Shown: positions 17,201 through 36,611 of the stretch, in pieces | How the letters are laid out: the number at the start of each line of letters is the position of its first letter | How positions within the stretch are numbered: position 1 is the first letter of the stretch | Assembly (NCBI RefSeq): GCF_009914755.1 | Contig: NC_060934.1 | Direction: 5' to 3' (one strand) | Source of the DNA: the human T2T-CHM13v2.0 reference genome, Homo sapiens | DNA: 64,000 nucleotides | Made by a program: the position numbers and the translations under genes | The notes under the pieces: generated by a model | The model's input: only the letters and a program-made list of their open reading frames with translations | The model's database searches: none | Told to the model about the DNA's origin: nothing

Positions 17201-17910
17201 AGGACCTGCCGAGCCAGGCCACTGGCTCCTGGCTTCAGCCCCCTTTCCAGGGGAGTGAATGGTTCTGTCTCACTGGTGTTCCAGGCACCACTGGGGTATG
17301 AAAAAAAAGCTCCTGCAGCTAGCTTGGTGTCTGCCCAAACGGCTGCCCAGTTTTGTGCTTGAAACCCAGGCCCTGGTGGCATAGGCACCAGAGAGAATCT
17401 CCTGGTCTGCAGGTTGTGAAGAGTGTGTGAAAAGTGCAGTATCTGGGCCAGAGTGCACCATTCCTCATGGCTCAGTCCCTAATGGCTTCCCTTGGCTAGG
17501 AGAGGGAGTTCCCAGACCCATTGCACTTCCTGGGTGAGACGACGCCCCATCCTGCTTCGGCTCACCCTCCATGGGCTGCACTGACTGTCCCACTGGTCCC
17601 AGTGAGATGACCCAAGTACCTCAGTTGAAAATGCAGAAATCACCCGCATTCTGCGTCAATCTCTCTGGGAGCTGCAGACCAGAGCTGTTCCTATTTGGCC
17701 ATCTTGACACAAATCCCCAAAATAATTTATTGTACATTTTAAAATAAGAGTATAATTTGATTGTAACACAAAGAAAGGATAAGTGCTGTAGTTGATGGAT
17801 ACCCCACTCACTCTGATGTGATTTTACACATTGTAGGCCTATATCAAAATATCTCATGTATATAAATCACATAAATATATATACTCACTATGTATCCATA
17901 AAAATTATAA
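11240..17910 (+). mobile_element. L1MA-type 3' end fragment (11240-11294 plus 17720-17910), split by the younger L1
   Basis: AATGAATAAGATC..TATTTGATAGTACAACAGGGTGACTATAGTCAA resumes as TAATTTATTGTACATTTTAAAATAA after the insertion. Confidence 0.7.
11295..17716 (-). mobile_element. Full-length older L1 (L1PA6-PA8-like), degenerate
   Basis: 5' CAAGATGGCCAAATAGGAACAGCTC at ~17705, ~1.3-kb 5'UTR, broken ORF1 and ORF2 (14604-15299, 12854-13447 and others), poly(T) at 11295. Confidence 0.9.
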
Positions 17911-17919
17911 ACAGAAAAT

Positions 17920-20066
17920 AAGGGGAACAAAAGAAAAAGATCTAACCATAAGCTGTCTCCAAGAAACTCATAGTAGATCCAAAGCCAGTAAGCTGAATGC
18001 GAAAGGGTGAAGAAAGATATTTACGCAAATAATAACCAAAAGAGTGCTGGGTAGCTACACTAATACTAGAAAAACAAAAAACAACAACAAAAAAAAACAG
18101 ACTTTAAGTAAAAAACTGTTATAAGAGACAAAGAAGGACATTATACAACTGGAAAAGTGTTAATAAAAAAAATCAATTGCAAACATACGTAGATCAAAGA
18201 AAATAGAACCAAACATATAAAGCAAACACTGACAGATTTAAATGAAGAAATGCAGAGTTCGGTAATAATAGTTGGACACTTCATTGCTCTGCTTTCATTA
18301 ATGGATAGAATATCCAGACAGAAGATCAGTAAGAAAACAGAGTATTTGAATAATGGTATAAACCAAGTAGGCCTAAGAGAAGTATGTGGAATACTCTACC
18401 TACCAATAGCAAAATATGCATTATTCTCAAGTGCACAAGAAACATTGTACAGGGAAGCCCACAGATTAGGGCACAAAATAAATCTCAGTAAATTTAAAAA
18501 GACTGAAATAATAAAAATATATATATATTTTCTGACCATAATAGGATAAAGCTAGAAATCAGTAATAGAAAAAAATTTTTAACGTGGATATTAAAGTTTA
18601 ATGATCAAATAAGAAAGCACAAAGGAAATTTAAAAATACTTAGAAACAGGTGAAAAAGTAAAGAGACTGTATCACAACTTATGGGATGCAGCCAAGAATA
18701 TGCCTATAAGGAGATTTATAGCAATAAATGCCTATTTTCAAAAAGAAAGAAATCAATAACTTTACACTTTCAGCAACTAGCAAAGAAGGATCAAACTAAA
18801 CCCAAAGCTAGCAGAAGGAAGGATATAATACATATTACAGCAAAGATAAGTGAACAGAAAATAGAAAACTACAGAGAACCAAAAAATCCAAAAGCTGATT
18901 CCTTAAATAGAACAAAATTCATAAGCTTTTAGCTAGATTGACTAAAGAAAAAAAATTCAAAGGACTAAAATCAGCAATGAAAGTGACATTACAAAAAAAA
19001 ATGGGTTATAAGAGAATACTATGAACAACTGTACACTAATAAATTAAGTAACTCAATGAAATAGACACATTTCCTAGAAGCACACACATTACTAAAACTG
19101 ACTCAAGAAGAAACAGAAAATCTCAACATACTTATAACAAGTAAAGAGATGTATCAGTAATTTTTTAAAAAACTGCCCAAGGGAAAAAAATCCAGCGTAA
19201 GATGGCTTCACTGGTCAATTCTATCAAATTAAAGAAGTAATACTAATCTTCCTCAAACATTTCCAAAAATTAGAAGGGAATACTTCCTAACTAATTCCCA
19301 TGAGTTTTATAATGCTGGCCAGCATTATCTTGATACCAAAGCCAAAAAAAGACTTCACAGGAAAATAAAATTACAGGCTAATATCCCTTATGAATACAGA
19401 TGTAAAAAATTATAAAATACTAGCAAACAAAATTTGGCAGCATATTAAAAACATTACATACTATGACCAAGTTGGATCTATCCCAGGAATGCAAGAGTGG
19501 TTCAATATAAGAAAATTAATCAGTGTAAGACACCACATTAATAAAACAAATGAATAAACACGTGATCATATCAATGAGGCAGAAAAAAATACAAAACCCA
19601 ATACCATTCAAGGATAATAAAAGTCAGAAAACAGAGGAAAGGAAGCAAAGTTCTTCAACATAATAAAGTGCATATATAAAAAACTCACAGGTAACATACT
19701 CCATAGTGAAAGACTGAAACATCCCCTCTAAGATCATGAACAGGCAAAGCATAGTGCTTTCACCACTGCAATTCAACACTGTATTAAAAGTTCTAGCCAG
19801 AGCAAATAGGCAAGAAAAAGAAATAAAAGACATTCAAATTGAAAGGCAGAAGTAAAACTACTCTATTTGCAGATAACATTATTTAGCAAATAATCCACAA
19901 AAAAACTATGAGCTAACAAATGGTTTCGGCGAAGTTGCAGAGTACAAAATCAACACATAACAATTAGGTTTTCTGTAAAAAAAAATACTCCAACAATGAA
20001 CTATCCAAAAGGAAATTCAGAAAATAATCCCATTTATGATAGTATCCAGTAGAATAAAATACTTAA
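17920..20066 (+). mobile_element. Ancient L1M ORF2 remnant
   Basis: Degenerate ORF2 peptides (…IIVGHFIALLSLMDRISRQKISK…; …KPKASRRKDII…). Confidence 0.8.
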
Positions 20067-20067
20067 G

Positions 20068-20210
20068 TGTTATGGTCTGAATGTTTGTGCCCTTCACAAC
20101 TTCATATGTTGAAATCTAATACCATTGCAATAGTATGAAGAGGCATGGCCTTTAGGAGGTGATTAGGAAGCTCTGCCTTCCTTCATGAATGAGATAAGTG
20201 TCCTTATAAC
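20068..20210 (+). mobile_element. MaLR LTR fragment (MST/MLT1A-like)
   Basis: TGTTATGGTCTGAATGTTTGTG...CATATGTTGAAATCTAAT...GGCCTTTAGGAGGTGATTAGG. Confidence 0.65.
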
Positions 20211-20498
20211 TTAATGGACAAAGTAGTGGCTTCACAACCTGGAGAGACAGGTTTAGATACTGTGCTGCCAATAAGCAGAAATTTTATTTTTGATAAGCTT
20301 ACATAAAGTAATAATGTTTTTCCAAAAATAAGACTTTGTCAAATGGCCCCTTTTAACTTCTAAAATTTTTTAATACATCAAATCTGATTTGAATATTTAA
20401 TATAGCAAGTATGGATAATTCCAGGAAGATGGTGATCTAAGGGATCAAACCAGAGCTGAGGAGACAGGTAGCACTGGCAGGTTTAAGAGATTAGATAC

Positions 20499-20797
<299 letters not shown>

Positions 20798-21249
20798 GAT
20801 TGGATACAAACAGGGAGAAGGAGCAAATAAATATTGTGGATAATGATATAGCCTGGTTTCTCACTATTGGAGAAAGAAGTTACAAAGATGGAAAACAGAA
20901 AGGCTATGGGGTTAAGATTGAAACTGGGAAATGTCTATGTAAACTCATTGTTTAAAAAATATGTATAGACAGACCAATACAAAAATAAGTGTACACATGT
21001 GTATTTCTGTGTATGTGTATGTACACATACATACATGTATTTCCTATCTCTGTCAATTGAGAGGGTCTGAGGCAGTGACAGCCTCTAGCAATGAGCACCC
21101 AGATCTTGGTTTTTAAATTCCATCCTCCACTAGAAAGAACAATGTCCTTTGGAGAAATGGCTGATGGCAAAGGTAGTGCAGGAAAAGGACAAGATGGGCC
21201 AGGCATATCTGTTGTGCCACAGAGTAATTACTCAAAAATTGATGTGGGA

Positions 21250-25570
<4,321 letters not shown>

Positions 25571-25574
25571 AAAG

Positions 25575-26950
25575 CAAAAAACTAACAATAAATAAAGATG
25601 CCTGCTTTGGCCACATATATTCAACATTGTACTAAAAATTTCAGCCAGAGGAATTAGGCTAAGTAAATAAATAAATAAACCCAAATTAGAAAGAAAGAAA
25701 TGAAATAGTTTTGTTTGCAGATGACATGATCTTATATGCAGAAAATACTAAAGAATCCACAAAGAAACTACTAGAAGTAGGAAACAAATTCAGCAAAATT
25801 ACAAGATACAAGATCAACACTCAAAAATTATTTGTGTACTCATTACAATGAGCAGTCAAAAAGCAAATTAACAATTCCACTTACAATAGCATTTAAACAA
25901 AAGAAATTTTAGGCTTGTGGGCCATCACAGTCTCTACTGCAACCAGTCAACTCTGCCCTCGTAGTGTGAAAGTACTCACAGGCTATACATAAATACATGA
26001 GTATGGCTGAGTCCCGATAAAACTTTATAGACACTGAAGTCTGAATTTCATATAATTTACGATAGCATTTAAATGAAAAACTATTTAATAAATTTAAGCA
26101 AGGATATGCAACACTTGTACACTGAAAACTACAAAATATTAATGAAGGAAAGAAGACCTAGGGAAAAAAAATCTTATGTTCATTGATTATAAGATTTAAT
26201 ATTAAGATAACACTCCCCAAAGTGTTATCACCCACTCTAATACTTACCCAATCCAATACTTATCAAAAACTCAACATACTTTTTTGCAGAAATAGAAAAG
26301 CTAACTAAAAATTCCTATGGATTGCAAAGCACCCTGCTGTGGAAAACTGTCGGTTTCACAATAAATTAAATGTAAAATTACCATATCACCCAGCAATTTC
26401 ACTTGTACGTATATACCCAAAACAATTGAAAGCATGTATTCAAACAAATATTTGTACATGAATGCTCATAGGAGCACTCTCCACAATAGCGAAACACAGG
26501 ATGACCCCCAATGTCCATCAACAGATGAATGGATAAACAAAAGGTGATATATCCATATAATAGAATATTGTTCAGTCATAAAAAGGGACAAAGTACTGAT
26601 ATACAACTACAACATAAATGGGTCTTGAAAACATTATTCTAAGTGAGAGATCAGACACAAATTGTATGATTCCATTCATATGCCATATCCAAAATAGGCA
26701 AATCTATAAAGACAGAAAGGAGATTATTGGTTGTTAGGGGCTGGGAGCACAGCGGGGAAAAGGGAGCAACTGCTTATTAAGTTACAATACTGCTTATTAA
26801 GGGTGATGTGTTTCCTTTTGGTGTGATGAAAATATTCCAGAAATAAATGGTGGTTATGGTTGTACAACATTGTGAATGTACTAAAGTCACTGAATTCTAT
26901 ACTTTAAAATGGCTTGTGAATTTCATGTGATGTGTGTTTTACCACAATTT
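25575..26950 (+). mobile_element. Old L1MB/ME ORF2-3'UTR fragments
   Basis: TTTGCAGATGACATGATC (FADDMI) at ~25715 and L1MB-type 3'UTR. Confidence 0.7.
25906..26058 (+). mobile_element. Internal MER58B-like fragment (copy of 27714-27866)
   Basis: About 91% ungapped identity by eye to the element at 27.7 kb; no termini. Confidence 0.75.
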
Positions 26951-27115
26951 TTTTTTTAGGTAGAATCCCTCGAAAGTTATTGCAAATATTCCAGTTCTGC
27001 CCAGTCTCTAAGGCTGTCACAAAGCCTGCCACATCCTAACAACCCATGATCACCCTAGCCTACCAGGACTGTTTCTTTAAACAACCATGAGTCCTAATGC
27101 TACACAATTCATTGG

Positions 27116-27421
27116 ATTTTTTTTTTTTTTTTTTTTTTCCTGAGACGGAGTCTCACTCTGTTGCCCAGGCTGGAGCGCAGTGGCACAATCTCGGCTCACT
27201 GCAACCTCCACCTCCTGGGTTCAAGTGATACTCCTGCCTCAGCCTCCTGACTAGCTGGGATTACAGGCACGCACCACCATGCCCAGCTAATTTTTGTAAT
27301 TTTAGTAGAGACAGGGTTTCACCATGTTGGTCAGGCTGGTCTCGAACTCCTGACCTCATGATCCACCCGCCTTAGCCTTCCAAAGTGCTGGGATTACAGG
27401 CGTGAGCCAATGTGCCCGGCC
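27116..27421 (-). mobile_element. Alu (S-like)
   Basis: Poly(T) followed by a reverse dimer. Confidence 0.9.
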
Positions 27422-27669
27422 TATTTGAATTTTTTAATCATATACTTTCTTTTGCTATCTGTTAAGTTTTCCCCTGGACTGCACATGAATTACTCACTTT
27501 GTTGTACTACTTTTTTAAGTACCTGCAAGACTGTCATCAGAAGTTTCACAATGTCACCTAATAAAGCCCACCGACAAACTGTTTTATGTTCCAGTTTCAC
27601 AACTGTAAGATCACAAGATCTGCATTCACCTATATGACATTTTTGTCTTACTCTTCATCAACTCTCTAT

Positions 27670-27997
27670 CAGAAATCAGCAAACATTTTCTGTAAAGAGT
27701 CACACAGTAAATATTTTAGGCTTGTAGGCCATTACAGTCTCTGCTGCAACCAGTCAACTCTGCCTTTGTAGTGTGAAAGTACCAACAGGCAATACATAAA
27801 TACATGAGTATAGCTGAGTCCCAATAAAAATTCATAGACAATGAAGTCTGAATTTCATACAATTTCCAAGCAAAATAATACTCTTGGTTTTTTTCCCTCA
27901 GCCACCTAAAAGTATAAAAACCATCCTTCATTTGTGGACCATAAAAAAACAGACAGTAGGCTGCATTTGACCCATGAACTGTAATGTGACCTCTCCT
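27670..27997 (+). mobile_element. MER58B-like hAT MITE
   Basis: CAGAAATCAGCAAACATTTTCTGTAAAGAG...TATTTTAGGCTTGT...TTTGACCCATGAACTGTAATGTGACCTCT. Confidence 0.75.
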
Positions 27998-28102
27998 CTA
28001 TATTTTCCAGGATGTTATTTCTACTTTCATATGAATGTATAGACATTTTTTAAACCTCAATAATTAGTTTTAAGCAAAACTGTGAAAAAATAAACAACTT
28101 AC

Positions 28103-28161
28103 CTGGGATGTGATCATATTCCACTAGTGTTGGCAGAGCAGAGAAAACCGAGAGGGTGTAG
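28103..28161 (-). pseudogene. ZNF37BP: ZNF37-type start-codon exon (ATG at 28117, encodes MITSQ)
   Basis: Minus strand: ttgtttgtaag|CTACACC...ATGATCACATCCCAG|gtaagt, with canonical splice sites. Confidence 0.88.
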
Positions 28162-28523
28162 CTTACAAACAAGAAAAGAACATGAGAAATGTCACTTGCC
28201 TAAAAATGTCCACCTCCCAGCTGGCAAAACATCTCTAAAAGGGAGATACTCACACGTCCATGCATGACTCTGGCATGGTTATGTACTGCTTGGACACATT
28301 AGTTTTCAAATGTGAAAACGTTTGGTTTTCTACTGACTTATAAACAACTTATGCTGTACTCTAACAGAGTATGCAAACCAATATATTAAACTAATTAAGC
28401 AAGTTAGGAAAAGCCAAAGAATGGAACATAATACTTTCATTAAAACTGATGCTAAACAAAAATATTCAGGTTTTAATCTTTATTATAAACCAGAGAATCC
28501 CAACAAGGTTTTGAAAAAAGTGA

Positions 28524-28845
<322 letters not shown>

Positions 28846-29122
28846 GAGCCCAGTTTTTTTGGAAGGAAAACGAACTTGCTCTAACTTGGTTTCAGGTTCT
28901 CAAAACCATCTTTGGATTTTAAAAAGCAAACGGATTTTTTCTTACTCTGTTGTCAATGCAGCAAACACCTGCCTGAGTCCTCAAGCGACTCAGTGTCTGT
29001 TCTTGACTCTGCCACAACAAAATGTGTCAATGTCAACAGTCACTTAACATGTTAAGCTTGTTTCCTGTCCACCCCACCCCATCCCATCTTTTAAATAAAG
29101 CCGAAATAGATAACTTACAGAC

Positions 29123-29360
29123 CTTTCTTGCGGCTGCACCTCTGATTCTGTAAGATCAAGATGGGGGCATCCGTACATCTCTAGTTGTGCTGCAATATGC
29201 CAGCAGCTCAACATCGAGAACGAGCGAGTAACGAATCCAGGCATGGAGGGTGCTGTCCTCCACTTGGCTGCTAAGCTCGGCCCTCCGCATGATGCCTTCA
29301 CAACTCCCCAAGAAGCGGTGCTGTCTGCTCCTTCGGCCTTGCCCTCCTCTGCCGCCACAT
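29123..29360 (-). other. Probable 5'UTR exon of the ZNF37-type gene
   Basis: Acceptor cccattcag| at 29361-29362. Candidate donors AAG|gtctgt (exon end 29123) or CT|gtaagt (29119). Lies between the promoter and the ATG exon. Confidence 0.55.
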
Positions 29361-29679
29361 CTGAATGGGCACAAATCTCCCACCATCACCCAGCCTGTGG
29401 GAGTCTGAACAGGACACAAATCGAGCCTCTGCTCCTCCCATCCGTGCTCTAGATCTCTAATGAGGTCTCGGCCCAACAGGTCCGATGTCCTCCTAGGAGG
29501 GCCCCTGCACCCTCACCCCTCCTTTCCCTTCTCACCCCACAACAGATGTTTTGCTCCAAGACAGCTGGGCCTAAGCCCTTCAGTTCGAATCCTCATCCAA
29601 GACTGAAAGCTCCTACATCTTCCTGTCACTTTAGCCACAAGCTGCACCGTCTGGAAATGCCCACTGCTACTAGGGACAC

Positions 29680-30800
29680 AGGCGAGGCCGGACAGTGCCG
29701 GAGGACCCGGGGTGCCTCCCTCCACGTGCGCGGCCTCACAGGTCAGTGGAAACAAGAAATCCCCCAATCCACAGCCACGATGACTTCAAAATACTTCCTG
29801 AAGGCATCAGGCCATGAAGCTGCGACCTGCGAGGACACAGCAAGCGGGGTGACGCTGAGCAGAGGCTTGGTGTGGAGTCCGCGCCCGCAGGGTCCCTCCC
29901 CGCCCCGCGGGTGCTTCCCGCCACCTCGCTCGCCTCTGCGTCGCAGTGACAACGCGGGGATGCCGACCACAGGTGGTTGGAAGGAGACAGCGAGATTCTG
30001 AGGGGAAAGAATAAGGAGAGAAGCAGCATCTTTTGGGCAGAAGGCCCGTTTCCGCGCGGTCCTGCCGAGGCCTCCGGGCATCCTTCACCTCAGGGAAGAG
30101 AAAATCCAACCTTACTTATCACAGGCGCGGGACCTACGTTCCCTTCGGGAGCAGAAGAACCAGGACAGGATTAGGACGCAGGCCAGGCGGCAAAGCCGCT
30201 CCCTCTCTCCCACCTCCAGGACAAGCGGCACCTCCAGTCCACCCTCGCTCCAGCCCTCCCGTACTCTACCCCCGGCATCCTCTGCCCCGAAGCAGGGAGA
30301 TGCCGGGAGCCCTCCCTACCAGGCTGTACCGGAGAAAAACAAACCTGGAGCCACACCGCGCACATGCGCAGAAAGCCCAAAGCGGCTCCCGCGACCGGGG
30401 CCAAAAAGTGCACACTACATTTCCCACAAGTCCTCGCGCCGCTCCCTTAGAAAGTACACGCTACATTTCCCACAAGCCCTCGCGCCGCTCCCTGAGAAAG
30501 TGAAGACTACATTTCCCAGAAGTCCTCGCGCCGCTCCTTTAGAAACGGCCTGAGGTTTCAGCGCCGTTCGGTAGTTAGTTCCCAGATGCACCGAGTGCAA
30601 TACTGCAATTTTATTCGTTAGCTGAAATAAATTATGAGTATTTAAATTACACAGGTTTCTTATGAATTACATCTCCCTGATGATTTGGCTGTCCTCAACA
30701 CTTCCTCGTTTGGCAGAATTCAGGAGTGGAATTTCTCCAGACACGGTCGGTTCCTGTGGCCCCGCTGCGCCGCGGCGGCACCACCTCCACTTGCGCCTGT
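29680..30800. promoter_or_regulatory. CpG-island promoter
   Basis: High GC and CpG density against a CpG-depleted background. NRF1-like CGCACATGCGCA at ~30359-30370, plus ACTACATTTCCCA motifs. Confidence 0.88.
30405..30545 (+). repeat. Three tandem 46-bp units, each carrying a ZNF143/THAP11-type (A)CTACATTTCCCA motif
   Basis: CTACATTTCCCA begins at 30415, 30461 and 30507 (exact 46-bp period), each followed by ..AAG.CCTCGCGCCGCTCC. Confidence 0.9.
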
Positions 30801-31027
30801 GGCTCCACTTGCTTGGTTCTGGTCCACTGGACGCTCACCCTGAGAAAACACGCTGGACATGAGCATTACCAGCCTGTACACTGTTGTAAAGATAACTCGG
30901 AATTGCTCTTCAAATTTTATTTGTTAAACCACGTAATACCATCTTTTATGACAAACCTGCATTTTCCATTCTTCAGGAGTATGTTGGATCTCTTGATCAA
31001 AATAACTTTTTTAAAATGTTCACTGAC

Positions 31028-31961
<934 letters not shown>

Positions 31962-32105
31962 TTCTATTCCCTTCTTTACCACCACTGATGATAATCCCAC
32001 TTGTTCCCATGCTGGAAAAGCATTTAGTACCATCCACGTAAAAGAGTCAGTTTATTCAAGGGATGAGATGTATTTCAGAAGACATCATGGCAAGTACAGT
32101 AATGA

Positions 32106-32797
<692 letters not shown>

Positions 32798-32986
32798 TCC
32801 ATTATTTCTTTAATGGTTCAGGTTCCATTATGCCATGGATTATTTCAGTAACATTGTTTGCTCTTTCAATTTGTATAATCCTATCCCTAAAGAGATTGAA
32901 AACTATGAACATGCCACTCCCAGCCTCCTTGGGACTTGACACATCCTCCTGGGATCATCTCAGATGGGACTGACTGTGCCGGCACC

Positions 32987-33274
32987 ATGGAGGTGGTGCT
33001 GATCTTTCTATGCAGCCTGTTGGCCCACATTGTCCTGGCCGATGCAGTTGAGAGGGAGAAGCAAATTGACCCTTTTCATTATGACTACCAGACCCTGAGG
33101 ATTAGGGGGTTGGTATGTGCTGTGGTCCTCTTCTCCATTGGGATCCTCCTTATCCTAGGTTGCAGATGCAAGTGCAGTTTCAATCAGAAGCCCAGGACCC
33201 CAGGAGAGGAGGAAGCCCAGGTGGAGAACCTCATCACTGCAAATGCAACAAAGCTCCAGAAAGCAGAGAGCTGA
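32987..33274 (+). CDS. Intact 95-aa FXYD6-like ORF (expression unknown)
   Basis: GGCACCATGG Kozak context; [58 protein letters not shown]...[11 protein letters not shown]; signal peptide, PFHYD motif and one TM helix. Confidence 0.45.
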
Positions 33275-33992
33275 ATGAAGTGCAGCCTTCCAGTGGGAAG
33301 CCTCTGGAACCTGAAGGCAGCTGCTTGAACTTTTAGATGCAAATGTTGATGCTTAAGAAAACAGCCACTTCAGCAACAAATCTTTCCCCAAGAGAAGCCA
33401 ATAACTTGTGTGTCCCCCCATGCCCTTCCCTGTCCCTTCTAACACCATTCCTCCACCTGATGATCCAACTAATCTCTTGCCTCACCACTGCAGCCTGCAG
33501 GCTCCTCCAACTCCTGTGATGTGTCTGTGTGTGTGTTTGCTGACTGTAATGTTCATGGCTACTTGTTCATGGTTATTATAGTTAGTGAACTGTGGACTCA
33601 CTTTCCTGGGCAGAGGCTGAGCCATGCGGCCATCTGCTCCTATCTGCCCCCCATCACCTCTCACTCCTGGGGGTCTGCTTTTTTCCCTGGAGAGTCTAGC
33701 TCCTTCCCTTTAGAGCATGGGCAGGAGTCTCCAGTTGTCTTGGGACCTGGGAAGGTTTGCATCACTTTCATCATCTTTCTTTATGGAGTCTCTTCACTCC
33801 TTTTACAAGAACCTCGCTTCCTTATCCCACTCCAACCTCAGTCTGTTCTGAAGATCAGCAATTAGAGATACAAAGCAAAGCAAGGAGTTTGTAAGCCCAG
33901 CATTGCCTTCAGGAGGCTACTATACCCTTCCACGGTTATTTTTCTCCCTGGGGAAGCCCCAGGGGGCTCCATCTGCCCTGCCCTTCACATAG

Positions 33993-34298
<306 letters not shown>

Positions 34299-35573
34299 TA
34301 ATCTGCCCTTGGGGAATGTAGCCCTTACATATCTTATCAGCAATAACCACAGGGGCTCTGGTATCCCACCCATCTCCAACCTTCCTGCTTCTAAGACTTC
34401 AACCTACAGCCGAGTTTTTGTGGACACAGGCTTCCGTCCTTGAAGTTGAGTCTCCAGCAGGTGATGACTGAAGGATTCCCATTCTGACAGAGGGAGAGTA
34501 AGGGGCCTTTGCTTCTCCGCCCATGTCCCCTTGGTCAGCAGAGAACTCCTGCATCCTTTGCTCTGCCTGTCAGTGGTCAGAGAGGTGAGTGAGGTAGGTT
34601 AGAGACCCAGTAGGCTCCATGCAGCACTGCTGCAGAGGGTACAGGAAGAGGCCAAAGGTCATAATGACAGCGGGAGCTCAAACAAGATCCCGCCCTTCCT
34701 GTCCTCCATGTGCCTGTGGAAATCAACCAACCGAGCCTCTGTGCCAGACTGCTGTTTTCTGTATCACGATCTGTCTGAACAACAGAAAAAAGGAATAAAA
34801 TATTTGTTTCCTAGTGAAAAAAAAAAAAAAAACATGAACAAAAAACAAGTAAACTTCAATCAATGGATTATTTTTAAAGTAAACAAAAATTTTGGAATCT
34901 TTTCTTGAGAATTAAAATATTTCAAGACTTTACATAAACAACTTTCTCAACTGTGTTAGTTACAGGAGCCAATGAGTTTCTAACTACAAAGGAAATGAAG
35001 AATATTGAATGCCAAAAAAAATCAAACAATCCTTTAATCACTCAATTCTAATCGTATAAATGCTGAAGTAAGAGAACAATTTTATGACAGTTACTTCAAT
35101 GAAAATGCAAAGAACATCAGATGCTATTTGGACCTCATGATGCAGAATGTGGGTCGGACGGCCCACAAGTTGGAATCATTCATGCTGTACTTCAGCTTGG
35201 ACCAAGCATGTCTGTGCCTTTATGCAAACATCAACCACAATTTGTATTTGTGTTATCGCCACCAAAAGCAGTTCAGAAGCAAAGGGAAAATATCTTCTGC
35301 CTTGTGCTTACTTGTATCCATGGCTCTGCTGTAAATAGGTGAGGCATTTAGATCATTGATCATCTCTGTGATCATAGTGAAGCTATTACTTTTGTTGTTG
35401 TTGCAGTAGATTTCATCCTGGCTCTTCAAAATTTGATTGCATCTTTGAAATCAGAAAATACTTCTAGCAGTAGTACTTTCAAATTGTCATTTGAGCTGAA
35501 AGACTGCTCCTGTTATATAGTGTGGCAGATAGTTACAACTTCCACTGCAATTACTATATCTCAATCTGAATTC

Positions 35574-35880
35574 TTTTTATTTTTTATTTTTTTTGAGGCA
35601 GTCTCGCTCTGTTGCCCAGTTGACACCATCATACAGTGGTGCAATCTCAGCTCACTGCAACCTCCACCTCCCAAGTTCAAGCAATTCTCTTTCCTCAGCC
35701 TCCCGAGTAGCTGGAATTACAGGTGCTCACCACCATGCCACGCTAATTTTTTGTAATTTTAGTAGAGACAAGGTTTCACCATGTTGCCTAGGCTGGTCTT
35801 GAACTACTGAGCTCAGGCAATCCACCCACCTAGGCCTCCCAAAGTGCAAGGATTACAAGTGTGTGTCACCGCACTCGGTC
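35574..35880 (-). mobile_element. Alu
   Basis: Reverse dimer; TSD TGAATTCTTTTT. Confidence 0.88.
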
Positions 35881-36283
35881 TTGAATTCTTTTTAATAAAA
35901 AAATTTGTTTACCACTTTATATAGTATTAGTTGAGGAAATCATACATCTTCCATGTTTAGCTGTTACTATGTGCTGGTGCCTTTCTCTATTTTTGCATAC
36001 TGCACAAAAAGCTTCAAAAGGAATCTTTCCTCATTTAATAAATCTCCACTTTTCAAACAATTCATCGCAAAGTATATGCTTGAATTTTGGTATTTGGCAT
36101 TCAAATATACACAAATAAAAATAGGTAATAGCAACCATGACAAAAATTGAGCTGAGTGAATTTGATAATCTCACAGCTGCCTTAGCGTGTCTGTCACTCA
36201 TAAGTCTGAACTCAGGACTAACATCAAACAGGGGTTGAACCATTGAAAGCATTACAAACTTGCAAACTAATAATCAATTGAAG

Positions 36284-36596
36284 TGGCCAGGCATGGTGGC
36301 TCACACCTGTAATCCCAGCACTTTGGAAGGCTGAGGCTGGTGGATCACAAGGTCAGGAGATTGAGACCATCCTGGCCAACACGGTGACACTCTGTCTGTA
36401 CTAAAAAAAATATAAAAATTAGCTGGACGTGGTGGCACATGCTTGTAACCCTAGCTACTCCGGAGGCTGAGGCATGAGAATCGCTTGAACCCGAGAGTTA
36501 GAGGTTGCAGTGAGCCAAAATTGCGCCACTACACTCCAGCCTGGTGATAGAGTGAGATTCCTTCTCAAAAAAAAAAAAAAAAGAAAAGAAAAAAAA
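36284..36596 (+). mobile_element. Alu (Sc-like)
   Basis: GAGATTGAGACCATCCTGGCC; TSD AATCAATTGAAGT. Confidence 0.9.
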
Positions 36597-36611
36597 TCAA
36601 TTGAAGTAGAG

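Noticed and set aside
30405-30545. CRISPR-like repeat array
   Set aside because: Head-to-tail tandem units without unique spacers, in eukaryotic DNA.
29044-30600. Many overlapping 60-156 aa ORFs in the CpG island (e.g. 29044-29358 minus, 29546-30001 plus, 30033-30503 plus)
   Set aside because: Expected in GC-rich sequence; no recognisable domain; several start at non-ATG codons; they overlap UTR exons and the promoter.
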